From: Octopus bimaculoides
Lineage: Eukaryota
NCBI RefSeq assembly: GCF_001194135.2
Contig: NC_068983.1
Location: 94,852,964 to 94,916,963 of the forward strand
Length of the DNA stretch: 64,000 nt
Direction: 5' to 3'
Shown: positions 12,200 to 25,819 of the stretch, piece after piece
Numbering within the stretch: position 1 is the first letter of the stretch
How the letters are laid out: every line of letters starts with the position of its first letter
Made by a program: the position numbers and the translations under genes
Notes under the pieces: model-generated
Databases searched by the model: none
Seen by the model: only the letters and a program-made list of their open reading frames with translations
What the model was told of the DNA's origin: nothing

Positions 12200-12720
12200 A
12201 ATCAGTTGTGCAAGTGATATTCCAAAAATAGAATAACCAAAATGAAGATGGTGTGGAAAAAGTTCAGGATAGATATTACCTCTACTAGTAGTGAAGGAAT
12301 TCTCTCTCTGAATAGACAGATACTATAGTGCAATTTGGTATTGGCATTAAATGCAAGGATACGCAAAGATTAGAAAGGAATGAGACAAGCATGCTCCACT
12401 GGATGTATAGTGTTCATGAAGAGTGGAACACAAATTAGCTGAGAAAAATAATTAGATAAAAGGAATCATCTGAAGTATGCAAAAGAAAAGATTGTGGTGG
12501 CATGATCATGTGATGTATATTACAGATGACAGTCAAGTAAAGAAATGGTAAGTGGTCTGTGTAAAAAAGAGCCTGCAGAAGAGGATGTTATAGAAAGAAG
12601 TGGTGAAAGCTGGTCCCAGAATGCTAAACCTCACAAAAGAGGTGACAGTGGACCACAGCAAGTGGTGAGACACCGTGCTGGAAAAAACTCATCCAATCTA
12701 AACAAGTGTAGAGAGATTCA
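12200..12720 (+). mobile_element. RTE LINE fragment (C-terminal RT region), degenerate
   Basis: Similar to 49880-50260 (MLRW...RLRW.GHV...GRP.KTW type motifs) with stops and frameshifts. Boundaries approximate. Confidence 0.6.
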
Positions 12721-12799
12721 TGAAATGATTATGATTAACGATTATGTAGTCAGAAGTGGTGAGGTTTATTTGCAGACTCCCTCATGATAATTAAATCAA

Positions 12800-13230
12800 T
12801 GCAGCTGATGTTTAGCTTAAACTTTTGCAGGCTAATACCATCTGGAACAAGCTATTACCTAGTGTAAGATTTGGCAGGGTGAGACACATGGGAGGATGAA
12901 TGACAGAGAGACAGATCATTGAGATGAGATGGCGGTGTTACAAAACTTGTTAAACTCCATTGTAGAAGTTATAGATTGTCAGACAGAAGAAACAACATAA
13001 CCTTGAACAAATGGTTGAAGTGTTTTGGGAAGTGAGTCTTTGTCAAATGACCATTTTGTGAATATTGTCTAAGATGTTTCTAAGTGAAATAGCTCCAGAC
13101 ACTGGAGCATGTAGCAGCACCATCCTTGTATGCAGTCATTATAGAATAGACATTGATCTTATCAGGCAAGAAGGTATTAGAAAGGAGATAACTTATACCA
13201 GTTGTTGATGATATTTCAAACTTTGATTTT
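12800..13230 (-). mobile_element. CR1/Jockey-type LINE 3' fragment
   Basis: Decayed LQP...VSS...FYNG...VTPP motif; the same sequence recurs at 15165-15370. Confidence 0.5.
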
Positions 13231-14170
13231 GAATGAAAATCAATTTAGGATACAACCAGGAAATATTGATCACTTTTTTTACATAAATAAAATTCCAAAT
13301 TTTGAAGGAGTTGAAAGATAGTTCATAGATTTAACCTAAGTATATTGCTGGTTTTTATGCAAGCCACTGGGGAAAACTTTATGTGGTTGCTCAATCCATT
13401 AGTAAAGGCTACCAAATCTCTTTTAAATCACATCCTACAAGAAAAACACATTGAGCAATGATGTTCTTAATGTACAAAATGACAAGATGCTTATGACTGG
13501 ATCGCTTTCGATCTTGGGTCTGCTAGATCAGATCTAAACAACAACAACAATTGAACATTTTATTAACTCCAGAAGAATGGAAAGCAAAGTATATCCTAGT
13601 GAAAGAAGAGGGTAATGAAACTAAATATTAAGTGGGAAATATTTTCATCCTGAGTAAAGAAAACCTTGATAACACCTTATTTTTTGTTAAAATGTTAATT
13701 AGCAGCTTTGGTGTTATGTTAGGTATTAATATAGTCGAATGGATTAACGGTAATTTTAATTGGAATGTATTTCTTTCAGTTGTCAGATTTTGAACACAAT
13801 GTTTTCAGTTCTGTTTTCAACCTGCACAAAATCTTTACTAACACAACACATCATCTTCATGTTTGAAATTGTAAAACTAAATCAGTGATATTTAAACTGA
13901 TTATGAAGTTTTACAAAGAGAAAAAGTAAAGCTTTAACTGAATGGTGGGGGCATTTCCTTTCTAAAGGAATAGTCATGAAGTTCACTTCATAATCATGAT
14001 ATCCTGAGATATTTCCCTTTACTACATAGCATCTTAGACAAGTGTCTTTTGCCTTAGCTCTAAGTTGAGTCAAGCCTTGTGAAGGAAACTGCTTAGGTAG
14101 AAACTGTTTTGAAGCCCTGCATGGACGATACCTGTAATCCAACTTTCTAGCCTTGTCACATTCTCTCACA

Positions 14171-14393
14171 CCTTTTAGCATTCAGATTACTCTGTCAAAT
14201 GTAATGCTCATTTATTCACATTATTTTGAATTAATCATGCATTATCTCATAGTTTTGAAATTTCAACTATGTGATTGTTTATTCTTAGACTGACATTGTA
14301 AGGTAGGTGTGAAAGGCTAGATTTTGACAGTTTGAGCATAAAATATGGACAACATTTTGCCTGATGTCACCAGTTTAAATGCTAAAGGGTTAA
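14171..14393. mobile_element. piggyBac-type MITE
   Basis: Termini CCTTTTAGCATT...AATGCTAAAGGG followed by TTAA; partial copy of the right half at about 26300-26405. Confidence 0.65.
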
Positions 14394-14851
14394 GAGTATA
14401 AGTGTCTATGGAATTCAGTGAGCAAGTTAATCAAACAATTGAATACTAATTGTTGAAGTTGATAGAGATACAGTTGACTTTATTTTCTAAGTTGATAATG
14501 GAGAGAAAGAGAAATTTTACTTCTTTGCAATTTTGAAATGAAAGAATACAAGGTATGTTGTTTAGAATTGTGCCTTTACCTAACAATCTCAATCTAATTG
14601 CATGAAGCATTCTGAACAAGAAATTAATATTTGTTTCTCCATGACTTAACATCATACTAAGCATCACATTTTCAGTTTAATAATGATTAAAGCCCATCAT
14701 GTCTTGGGAAAATAGCTGTAAGTCATCGTCATCCTCACCACCACCATCACATTGATGTCATTGTTTTCTCTCTTAATGTTGCCAAATAATTTCAAAGATC
14801 ATAACTTATCCGTAGCTTTGATAATTATTTTCTATGAAACTTTATTTTTAG

Positions 14852-15022
14852 GATTTCTTACAAATTCAATGTGGTCAGCTACAAATGTCACTGAAGAAAT
14901 TACTGAAAACAGCTAGCAAACATGTATATGAGTGTGGCCTTTGCAGCCAAAAAGGATTCATCTGTGAAATTTGCAAGAATGCTCAAGTTATTTATCCTTT
15001 TGAAATGGACACAACATACCGA
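14852..15022 (+). CDS. PLEKHM1/3: PLEKHM1/3 coding exon 5 (in-window)
   Basis: tttttag| acceptor, CGA|gtaagt donor; 171 nt; ...KHVYECGLCSQKGFICEICKNAQVIYPFEMDTTYR has the RH hallmark HVxxCxLCxQKGFICExC. Confidence 0.95.
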
Positions 15023-15164
15023 GTAAGTGTGAACCAGTAACCAATTTTAGTGTAAAAATAGCTGATACCTTTTGTTTATATTGAGCCATTAGTGTTGATT
15101 TAAATATCATAAACCTATCTATAATCAATTATTTACTCAATAATTTTGTATAGTTTAGTCAGGA

Positions 15165-15900
15165 CGAAACTATTACCTAGTATAAGATTTGGCAGGGTGA
15201 GACACATGGGGGAGAATGAATGACAGAGAGACAGATACATTGAGATGAGATGGAGGTGTTACAGAACTTGTGAAACTGTATTGTAGAAGTTGTAGGATTG
15301 TCAGATAGAAGAAACAACATATCCTTGAACAAATGATTGAAGTGTTTTGAAAAGTAATCCAAGACTGATTAGATTTATATAGTCAAGTCTACCAGGAAAA
15401 CATCAGTGAGAAGTGAATTCTTGAGGGCTTGAGTAAAAGAAATAGGTATAGTGGTTAATACAGAATCAGGACAAGCTGAAAGAAGAGTATATTAAGAAAA
15501 GAATGTGTTGGATGAGCCTGGGTACAAGTGTGCAACTAAATAGTTCATAGAAGCTATAGAATAAGCAAAAAGGAGTCAGTGTGTCTGAACCAGACGTTAT
15601 AGTGTATTGGTGAGTAAGTCTTTGCCAATAATTCAGAATGTGTGTGTGAAGCAGTAGCACCTTCCCAGATGTGAGAATAGTAGGATTTTTCTTGAGCTTT
15701 GTAGAGGGTAGTTGATCAAAGCTAAAGTATTTTCTAGCTCATTAAGAGAAAGGCTTGTCTTAAGGATACAGTTTTTGCTATGTTATGTTTGTGGGATTGT
15801 GAGAAGAGATTATAAATGATTGTGAAGTCAAGAATTTGGAGCAAATTTGAGGATTTTAATTTTTATATATTATTCTAGACTAGAGAGAGTTGAAGTACAC
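15165..15900 (-). mobile_element. CR1/Jockey-type LINE fragment (second copy)
   Basis: 15168-15357 aligns to 12848-13035 with scattered mismatches; upper boundary uncertain. Confidence 0.45.
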
Positions 15901-15986
15901 TATTGCTGTAGTTGAGTCTTTGCATTATTGAAAGAGACTCATTGTTATGTTCCCGTTGTATAATAATGTTCTAATTTTTATTTCAG

Positions 15987-16142
15987 TGTGAACAGTGTAA
16001 AGCTGTTTACCATAAAAGCTGCATGAACCAGAAAGACCAGTGTCCCAAATGTGAACGACAGCGGGAACGTATTCTGAAAGTAGGTCCACTAACCAACTCC
16101 TCAGAAGCAGACTATGATATAGTTCCATGGGAAACTATGTAA
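15987..16142 (+). CDS. PLEKHM1/3: PLEKHM1/3 terminal coding exon
   Basis: tttcag| acceptor; CEQCKAVYHKSCMNQKDQCPKCERQRER (CxxC..H..C....CPxC) then ILKVGPLTNSSEADYDIVPWETM*; TAA at 16140-16142. Confidence 0.95.
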   Translation, partial: CEQCKAVYHKSCMNQKDQCPKCERQRERILKVGPLTNSSEADYDIVPWETM

Positions 16143-17239
16143 TTAATATCCATAAGTGAGAAAGCTGCCTCTCAGATGAAGAGAAATTCTTGTCTATTCA
16201 CGATGTTCACAAGAGTAGATTTCATCTCATCTGTCTGCACATCTTCACAATGGACATCTTTAAGCTATCATAGAGATAGAGTATAAACTTGTGCAACATT
16301 AAGTCTGTACATGTCAAAGTTCTGTGGTTAACATTTCATCTATTTGTTAATTTATTGACATTTGTTACTTAACCAACCTTCAGATGTCAGTCTAAGTAAC
16401 TGATGTCATCTGTCGGTGGGATAGTGGAGATACAAGATTACCACTAAACATGCTTCATTTTCTGCATTTTTCTCCTCATGGATGAGCATTTCCAGTTTTA
16501 TATGAACAATATTTTACTCTGCTTTAACTCTATCAATTCTGCTGTTAAATGAAACAATTTTTTGTTTTGGGTTTGGAATAACTAATATTAACCTAAACAT
16601 GTATTTTATTTGTTTGTCTATGTGTATTTTATGCATACAAACATGTACACATACATACATGCAAATACACACATGTTTACATTAAGCTAACACTATCAAG
16701 AACTACAAATCATATTTAATAATATGGTATTTGGTGAGACAATGCTAACTCACAGATGTTTGTTAATTGGGTTTTGTGTGTGTGTGTGTGTGTGTGTGTT
16801 GTGTTTTTGTAATATTACCAGACGGGCCTACTTCTTTGTGCCATTAAGACTATAGCAACAAGCATAGTCAGTTCAGCCCTAGTGCTACCTAGAAAGCCAC
16901 ATGTAGTACATACATACATGCATGAACACAACTATTGAGGCATGCTGCAATGCTGAATTATCTCACTTCATAATTATGCTCTGCATTTTTAACTCCACAT
17001 AAATAATGGTGCATAATTTTAAAAAAAGGCTTCCCAGTTTAGTGAGTACAAGTCACAAGAATGAGCATTTACCATGCTATGTTTTCTTTCAGTTTCTCTT
17101 TGAAACTGAACAAAAACCCACTCATCGAGACTGGGTGTCTCATATTTCCCCAGGGTTTACTTGGGTTATTCTCAACTGTCCCATATGTTCTTCATATCTT
17201 ATCTGCACTGTGCTTGTGTTATATAAATTTTGATTCCCC

Positions 17240-17420
17240 TAAGTTTGCACTGGACAAAGATGTTCCTAAACTTATTGCTGCGTGAAGTACCATAGATTGT
17301 ACAAGTAATACATATGAAAGCTATGAAAATCATTTGTTTTATGCCATGTCCTAGCGTTTTCTCTGTAAAGCAGTGTTGGAAATACAAGCACCTTGTAAAC
17401 ATCTAACTTGGTTTTAGCAA
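17240..17420 (-). mobile_element. Non-LTR retrotransposon RT C-terminal fragment
   Basis: ORF-track peptide KTKLDVYKVLVFPTLLY...FHSFHMYYL resembles the TKLKVY.AVV..TLLYG.E.W...FH.RCLR motif. Confidence 0.65.
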
Positions 17421-18292
17421 CAGAAGCGAACTGAACTGCAGACAATAAGAGAGAGACTAAGCTAACATACACTTTGTATGCCATGAGTGACTCTGCTGTT
17501 TTCAAGGATGACACTGCTGTTTATAACAAATCCTGTTAACAGAGTGAACTGTTTTCAGTAGTTTGTTAATTGATTTTACTTGTCTTTTTCTATTCTATAG
17601 ATAAAATAGTTTTTTGTTGGAGTAACTGCTTTTACCAGTGGATATCTTTCATCCTACTCACCTTTGAAGTAGAACTGCTCAGAATTGTTATTGCTATTGT
17701 TTAATCACAAATTTTCCCTGATAGAGCAGACCTGTGATCTAAAACATTCCAGCCATGACCATTCCCTCTTGTTTTTAAGGTTAGTGTATTCAGAGTCACA
17801 TTGTCTAATGTGTACTTCCTTTTTTCAAGGCACTAGGATGTAATTTGAGAGAGATTTGGCTGCTATTTCAAGCAAGTTGAGCTTGTCCGTTATGGTGGAT
17901 ACTAAATACCTGGTAACTTCTGAAGAGTCCAGGATATAATTAGAGATTTTGATTGAGGGTGGTTTATAATCTGCTTCACCTTGTTTTTCTGAGGCTGATG
18001 GTGTAGAAAAACACCAAGTTGTTGAATATGTTTATAACAGTGATTTATTTTTCTTAAGTTGTTATTGCTGATATTGTTACATGACCTTAGTTAAATATGA
18101 TCAAACAGATTTATTGCATACAATAACCAATAAATAAGTAACAATATGTGGCCCCAGTTCACTAGATATGCTGTGCTTTTGATTGGTTGATGGACACCAC
18201 TGCACATTTCATCATCCAGTATTTGATCATATGAGGGTAAAGTTTGGTAATCATAGCATTTTCCATAATGTATCATATGGTAGTCAGGTTAG

Positions 18293-21200
18293 CAAGGCTG
18301 GATTAAGCTAGTATGGGCTTTGTAGCACATGTTATAAAGAGTAAAATATAAATCTTTTTTACTCATATAGTAACTTACAATTTAAAAGCTACATTTTCTA
18401 GACTTTGTTAATGATACTGGAAATCTCTATATCACATAAAAATTAATATTCAGTGCTTATTACAGTGCAGTGTGGAGTTGTTCAATCAGCTTTTGTCCAT
18501 GAAACACATTAATTCATTTTTAATCCTTCTCAGTTTTGAACTTAAGTATTCTCCACTGCAGTTGGTAACATTTGGAAAACAAGTTTCAAAAATTATCAAA
18601 TATCTAGTAGGAAAGCTGTAAGCTCTTGTTTTGCACTAATATGAGAAACAAAATCAGTATTAAACAGTTTAGTAAACTTTTGAAATTCTTCCCCAAGACT
18701 TGATATGAGTTGACAAGATTCGATGGTCCCTATACAATCTGTTCAGGTGTAAATGATGACTGTAATTGCTGAAGAAAGCCAAATACACCATTCATCTTTT
18801 GATATGCTTTCAAAGTGTTTTGACAGTGCAGAAAGCAAGATATCAAATGGTATTGAGCAAGAAGCCAAGTATTTTTCTGAGTGTGAAGATTATTAGTAAC
18901 AGACATGAAGGGAATGCAAGCAAAATTGCAAGTATGAAGATTTCAAAGGTTCCAACACTCTTGATCTACATCACAAATCTAGCCCTGACAGCAAAATATA
19001 GCATATAGCCAAAGCCAGCTAGTATGCATATCTGAATATATCAGGAGTAGAATCCAGCTATACACAATAATGCTTACTTTTCTTCTCTTCACAGATAATG
19101 TGACTAAGTAAGATAAATCCAATCAGTTTGGTGAATTCCTCATTTTTATGATGATTATGATTTATGTCCTTTATGTTTGCATGAGTTTGTATGTTCTACC
19201 AGAAAAGGGTAAAACTTGATCAGTAGTTCTGACAATCCAAAGTAATTTCCATGTTGAAGAAAGTCAATAGTTTTGTTTAATCCCTTGTCTCTTTCACAAG
19301 CTGGGAAGTAACATGTTCAGCTTTGTTCCCACTCATTAAACTGCTTTCCACTAAACTGAAATCATAAACCTGCATGGAAAACAGAACAGGCTTCCTTTCT
19401 GAACAGCATAACCAATTTCTTGCATGCTTCTTGTTTATGGAGATGTACAAAATAAACTTCTGACAGTGCCAAGGTTTCTTTTTGTTGTCATACTATTATA
19501 TGGATTTCGAAAATGTCATTTTTGTTGACATTCATCTCTTCCCTTGGTTAGCTGATATTCTTGATAACAATCATCTACATTGTTTGCCCATTCACCAATA
19601 TTGTAGAATACTTTTCACTTGTTTCACATTCAATGGATGCTGTCTGTTACTGTCCGTCTTCTGCTGCTCTACTTCTAATTGTTCTTATATTCCTGACTAG
19701 CTCCATCATCATCTCTATGAACATGAAGTATTCTGTGAACTTGTGTGTTTTTTATATAGGCTGATCTCTTATTTCTTTTTCTTCCTTCACTATTTTGTGC
19801 ATTTCCAGAAACATAATAATGTTCAATGTCTCTGTTGCTATTGCAATGGGAAAATGTCAATAAAATATTCATTTAAAAACAAGTAGATTATGTAAATAAA
19901 CATACAAACTTCACCAGTAAGCACCAAAGTAGAGCGCTATAAGGTGGCAGTTTCAAAGCGTAGAGTGGCATAAGGTAGCAGTTTCAGAGTGTAGTATATT
20001 ATATGGATTGTGGGGAAATAGTCTGATATTGGAACAAAAATTCAATAAATAAAAGTAGCAGCAAAGAAAAATAATAATAATAATAATAAACAAATTCTTC
20101 AGTGTAGTTCAAGGAAAATGCAGATCAAGTTAATTAATTGAATGGTTGGTCTATTTGCCTGTTTTGCTTGCAAGTAGAATAGGTTGAATGTTTGCAGTAC
20201 CAAGTTCTTAGATAAAGGAACAAGAGAGAATGTAAACATGACTAACTTATCCAATAATAAGCAAAAGAAAGTTTGCAATAACTGCCATTACAAAGTATTT
20301 ATAACAGCTTGTGGGACAAACTTCAAAAGGCTGAGTCAAGGAGCTATTTTGATTACCAAGCTAATTCTGAGTGGCAATTCTCATATGGAACTTTCAAAAC
20401 TAAGTAATGTTGCAAATTTTGGGTTTACTTCTTTAAAAAAGTTTAGTTACACTTTATTTATATCTGAACCAATACAAAGCTGTTTTATTGATCCAACTGC
20501 ATATTTGAAAAACTAATGCATATAGATCAGCAAGCACAATGGACAAAGTTGGAGTAATTAAAATGAATACAAGGGTTCTAGGATTTATTTTATCAAAAGC
20601 TTGATATTTACCTTCTAGTCAATGTGTTTGAGCAATTTAGAAGGTTAACCTTAGAAATTGATAGCTTAGACATGTTAAATTATGTTAGTATTCCCTCATC
20701 ATGGGTTCCATCCTTAGGAACACCCATCCATTAACAATTCAGAAATTTATTACATATTTGAACAGGCAATCCAAAGTGGAATGACCTTAATTAACAATCA
20801 TTTATTATCTGTAAACACTGATATATCATAGACCTACTTTCCTTCCCTACTGATGAATTCTCTTATGTTTGTTAACAGCCTTCATTGCAATACCTTTAAA
20901 ACAAATCGGTGGAAAATTTAGATAGGTGAATCCTTCCTCTATAGATTATGATTTCATTTTAGGCCAAACCTAAAAGATATGAAGCTTAAATGTTGCAACA
21001 TTATGCAAATTCACTAACAAATGTGTAAGTTAAATATTCTCACCTGATGTTAAACTCTAATATGTAGATTTGTGTTGTTAGCATCAATTTAATGTTGAGC
21101 TGTACATAATAAACTGTTCCTTGCTTGTTTAAAAATCTCAATTTGATGTCATGGGAATAGTTAACATTCCACTGTCTACAAGAAGCAATAATCTGATTCG

Positions 21201-21511
21201 ACTGACTATATTTATGAGATAAATGATAATTAAGCTCAAGTATTGTATGTTGAGTTTAATGCATTGAATCAGAGAAAAAGAAATCTGTTAATAAGCTTCC
21301 AATGAAAGCCCATTGTCTTTTTCATTTCTTTGTAATTTGTTTAATTTAAAGTATTTTTTATCTTTGAAGTATTCAAAGTATTAGATCACCCTTAAATACC
21401 CAGTCTTTCATAAAGCATAGAGTACTATAATGATCATGTGCTAAATTAAGATTGCTAGTTCACAGAAATTTAACATGGAGCCAGTCTTGTTACTAGATTA
21501 ATCCAGTTCTG
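18293..21511 (-). mobile_element. Fossil hAT (ZMYM1/Tip100-like) DNA transposon
   Basis: Broken - strand transposase about 19900-18430 (NWLCCSE, FCFPCRFM, HGNYFGLSELL.KFYPFLVEH, LDSTPDI at 19040-19057, VTNCSGE..SKLRRIKNEL); TIR pair 18293-18312 / 21492-21511 (16/20); flanking 8-mers CAGGTTAG / CAGATCAG (6/8). Confidence 0.75.
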
Positions 21512-24500
21512 CAGATCAGGGTCCCACCTAAATGTTAGACATCTTTTTCACAGCAAAATAATTTACTTTACTTTTCAATTTTTTTTATTTATTTGTTCGT
21601 TTTTTAGATTGTAAGACAGTAGAATCAGTGGGAACTAGTTAAATACTGTAGACTAACAAGTTAAAGTTGGTTGACGAATACTGTTGATTCTTGGAGATTT
21701 ATTATGAGTGGTTGACCCTCCTCAAAGTTTGGTCCTTGTACATACTTTAGTGTGGATATAGCTACTGTGTTGGTGTAGATCAAATGGAAAAGTTATTGTT
21801 GGAGGAACAATTTTATAGAATTCTAAAGAATTATTGATGTGTCTCCTTGATTTTTGGTGGTCAAATAAGTAATTATTGGAGCTCTAAGGGTTACAGTTGA
21901 ATAACTAATTACTGAAACTATAAGGGTTACAGCCATTGGCTACATTACCCTCTTGTCTAAGTGGTACTTAATATCAATTTTCATTTGTTCTTCTCTAAAA
22001 CCCTCTTTAGCAAATAGTACCAGATATTGGTTGATGCCCCCCCCCCTCTTTCAAGATGCCAAATGTAATATACAACAAAAATCAAAGGTCTATGCCCTGC
22101 AGAATGGAATGTCATAGAGTTCTCTCCTATCACCAACTTCTTAAACTAATACATGCAGAAACTGCCTCAATGTTCACATTACAGCTCCACTCATTCACAA
22201 TTCATCAGAAATAGCTCACTAATTTGAATCTTAGTTTCGCAACTACAATGTAATAGTAATACTAAACAATTCCTCTCTACTACACAACATACCAGTAACA
22301 CTGAAGATCATTGTTTTATACCTCACATTGTATTCTATAAAATATATCCTACACCTAATGATATAAGATTTGTGTGCTTGTGTTAACTTACACAAATGTC
22401 TATGCGTGAGTACACTTTGTATATAATATTTCAAACTACCTATTTATTAAATTCAAATTCTAATGACATATTTTATTTTTCAAAATATTTAAAAATTGTG
22501 CTGTTGTTCTGACTCTTCAGTCTATTGAAAAAAAACATTAATTTTTTAAATTTCATTTCGTATTTGTTTTTATTTCATATTTTGTAATGTTTTACTGTTG
22601 ATAATATATTTTTCTTATTTTATTTTTGTTAATCTTTTATTGATCCAATTTCTTCCAAATCATCTAAAGGTATGCTTTCCTGTTTGAACAGTGGCATAAT
22701 AACCTGTAGAGTATGCAAGGGCTGTAGACACTGCCTTTCTTCCTTGGTCTAAGACTTCAAAAATCTGGAAATTAAATTATTCTTCATCTTAATAACAAAT
22801 AAGTTCTAATAATAAACAATTCAGTTAAGTAATATCATCCATATTCATGACATAAATATCAAGATCTTCTTTTCTATCACAGCCTTCTAAAGTACTACAT
22901 AGAGCAATGAATGCAACCTATTGTGGAATCATTTGATTTTCATATACAATGACCAGATATTTGGATTCTGTTGCAAGAAGATCCCTAATTAGAAGTTGTT
23001 TTTCAAACGTATTTATAGTATTTATTCTTCTGATGCAGATAAGCTGTTAGCATTTAGTGATAAATATATTTAGCTTTAATTCAATAGAGTTGAAACATAT
23101 CTTAATCTCTGCCTACAATGTGATAAAGGAATAAAGGAAGAAAAAAATCAGTTTTAATCATAGTGACATACTGGATAATTTGGCTGTGTTAAGTTGGATA
23201 AAAATCTTGATATTCTCTATGGAAGTTTAATGACGATGGTTCTTGTTTATGAATTATCTTAACATTCTCAGATAAAGAAGAAAAAACATTGTTATATAAC
23301 ATTAAAATTAATCTATGATTGAAATTAATCCACACCTTTAATTATGCTGAATCAATAAATTCAAGCTATGATTCTGTTGAGATTATAGTGAATATAATTT
23401 TTTAAGGAACTTATAAACTGTCTCTATTATTTGGATGGAACATGAGACTCAGATTAAATACTGAAATACAGAGTAGTAAGACCAACTCAGTTGAGATTTA
23501 GATGTACAGAATTAGCTTACTTCTAAAGAATTGTTGAAGATGTCATTAATTTGTGTCTGAATAAAACAACGAAATTTCCAAAGGTTACGTATAACCTTCT
23601 ATAACAATGACTACTTAAAAAGGAATTGTATGTAACAAATTGGAACATTACTTGGTAGGCGTAAATATTAATTTCTAATTTTAATCAAAATGCCAAAATT
23701 TGCAGAGAGAGATTTTGTTGATTTAGTCAATCACAGTACTTGACTGGAATTTATTTTACTGCTCCAGGAAGGAAGAAAGGCAATATCAACAATGGTGGTA
23801 TTTGAACTTGGATTTGAACATAACTAAATACCACGAGGTATCTAGTCAGATGCTTTACTACATCTACCACTCACATGCTGAATAGCAGCAAATATTGCAT
23901 TAAGGTCAAGTTAATTATGACACAAAGCATGAAAATATGTTTTGCAAGTGATAAAGCATAGATAGTGTTAATATTTCAAATTATTTGACTACACATGACA
24001 ATGATATCTCAATGAATAACAAATATTTAATATCATTTCGTGATCATTTTCCAATTAAGACACATTCCTTCTGTGTTGATGTAAAAATCCCAAAAGTATT
24101 CTTACCAAATGTAGTTAACTAACTAAACTATCGCCTGGTACTCTTTCAAGATACGATATTTGTCATTTCACTAGATGCTCAAAGGTTTTCTAACAGTTTA
24201 CATAAACTGAACAATATTTAGATTGAGATTAAAAATTCTAAATTAAATATGATGTTATTCTGACATTTCAAGGATTACAACTCACTGGCAGCAGTGCTAT
24301 ACCTTTTTTTTTTTTTTCAAATTCTACTTTTGTAATAAAAATATTTTAAAAAATCACATACATTTGATTGTCAAATAATATCAGATCAAATATGTCGAAT
24401 GTTATTTTGTTCTATTGAACTCAATATAGAGAAAAGGCAGGAATTATTTTCTCTAATTTCGGCAACATTCCAAGTAAACTTTTGATTAAAGAAAGAAAAT

Positions 24501-25819
24501 CTCAAATAGGTGTATCAACAGGCCATGGCAAGGTTAGTAGCACCTCCAGGTGCTATAATCCTCCTAACATAATTTCACTATCTTTCTCATGAGTATGGCA
24601 ACTGAAAATAAAACACATAAACATTTGAAGTTTGTTGGGATGTTTCAGTGAAAATATCTAAAAAAAAAATTGTAACACAACACAACACTTAAATGAATAT
24701 TTAAAACTGTTTGCACTCCAGCAGCAATCACTGTAAATGGAAGATCAGTGACAAATGTTCCAAATAAACATTTTATTGAACACAATATAATTTTCTTCTT
24801 CATTGCTAATGTCATCCACCTAACTTTGTGTGTATGTATGTGCGTGTGTGTATATATATTATTTTAGTGTGAGAGAGGTNNNNNNNNNNNNNNNNNNNNN
24901 NNNNNNNNNGGGGGGGGGGGGTCAGTGTTCATAAACTTTGCAGGATCTCCCAGTCCTACAACAAAATTAAATAAATCCATCTAGTAAAGAGCATGTTTGT
25001 GCGTGCATGTTAATGGCTCTGAAGAGTAACTTTGTCTTTGGTACGCAGTTTTGTCTTATAGATATGGGGTCACCATGAGAGATGATCTGAGATTGCATAG
25101 GCCTTATATTTGTAAATCTATGAAAATTTTGAAAACTGTTCCAAAGTTGAGAATGTAGAATTCAGCTACACTTAAATCCCATTGCTTCAAACAATTCTCA
25201 AATTCCTGCAAATAGAATGAATACTTGATTTTTCATAGAATATTTTCCCTCAAAAGTTCTGGACACAGCAACATCTCAAGAGGCATTAAGATAACTTTAA
25301 GCACACTTTTTCTTTGTCATAAATCAAATAGTTTATAGAATGTTTCTGAGTGTGTGTATAAAGTTAAAGAATTTTTTTTTTCTTTCAGACTTTTCAAAAT
25401 TATTTTCAAGTCAAATAAATTGAGCAAAATATAAACAATAAAATGAAAACCCTACTGTACCTTTTGGCTGCATAGGGTTCTTATGAATTCATACTATGTT
25501 AATTTTGAGAATTCATTGAAGTTTCATTGGCAGTTGCTTTTTCACATCAGATTTGATGCTAATCCTTTGCAATAACTTTCTTGATGGGACTTCAGTTATG
25601 TAAAGAATTTGTCAGAATACAAGCAACAACAAAGAACATGCGGAGCCATTAATCTCAACACATTTTTTTCTCTCCATTTGTTTTCCTCTCATCTCTTTCT
25701 GTCAGAGAGTGTCGGCTCAAATCTTCAAAGACTTTGCCATTTTTCTCCACATATCTAATTAATACACCTGCTTATTGTTCCTTCACCTGTCTGTCTTTTA
25801 TTTTCTGTACCTTTGAACC

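Noticed and set aside
13882-14181. Cys-containing - strand ORF and TTAA-CCCTTT at 34297 suggesting piggyBac transposase remnants (also 34300-35400)
   Set aside because: Similarity too weak to support by eye; needs an HMM search.
19080-19115. Strong-looking splice signals on both strands (possible micro-exon)
   Set aside because: Lies inside the hAT transposase remnant and fits no gene model.
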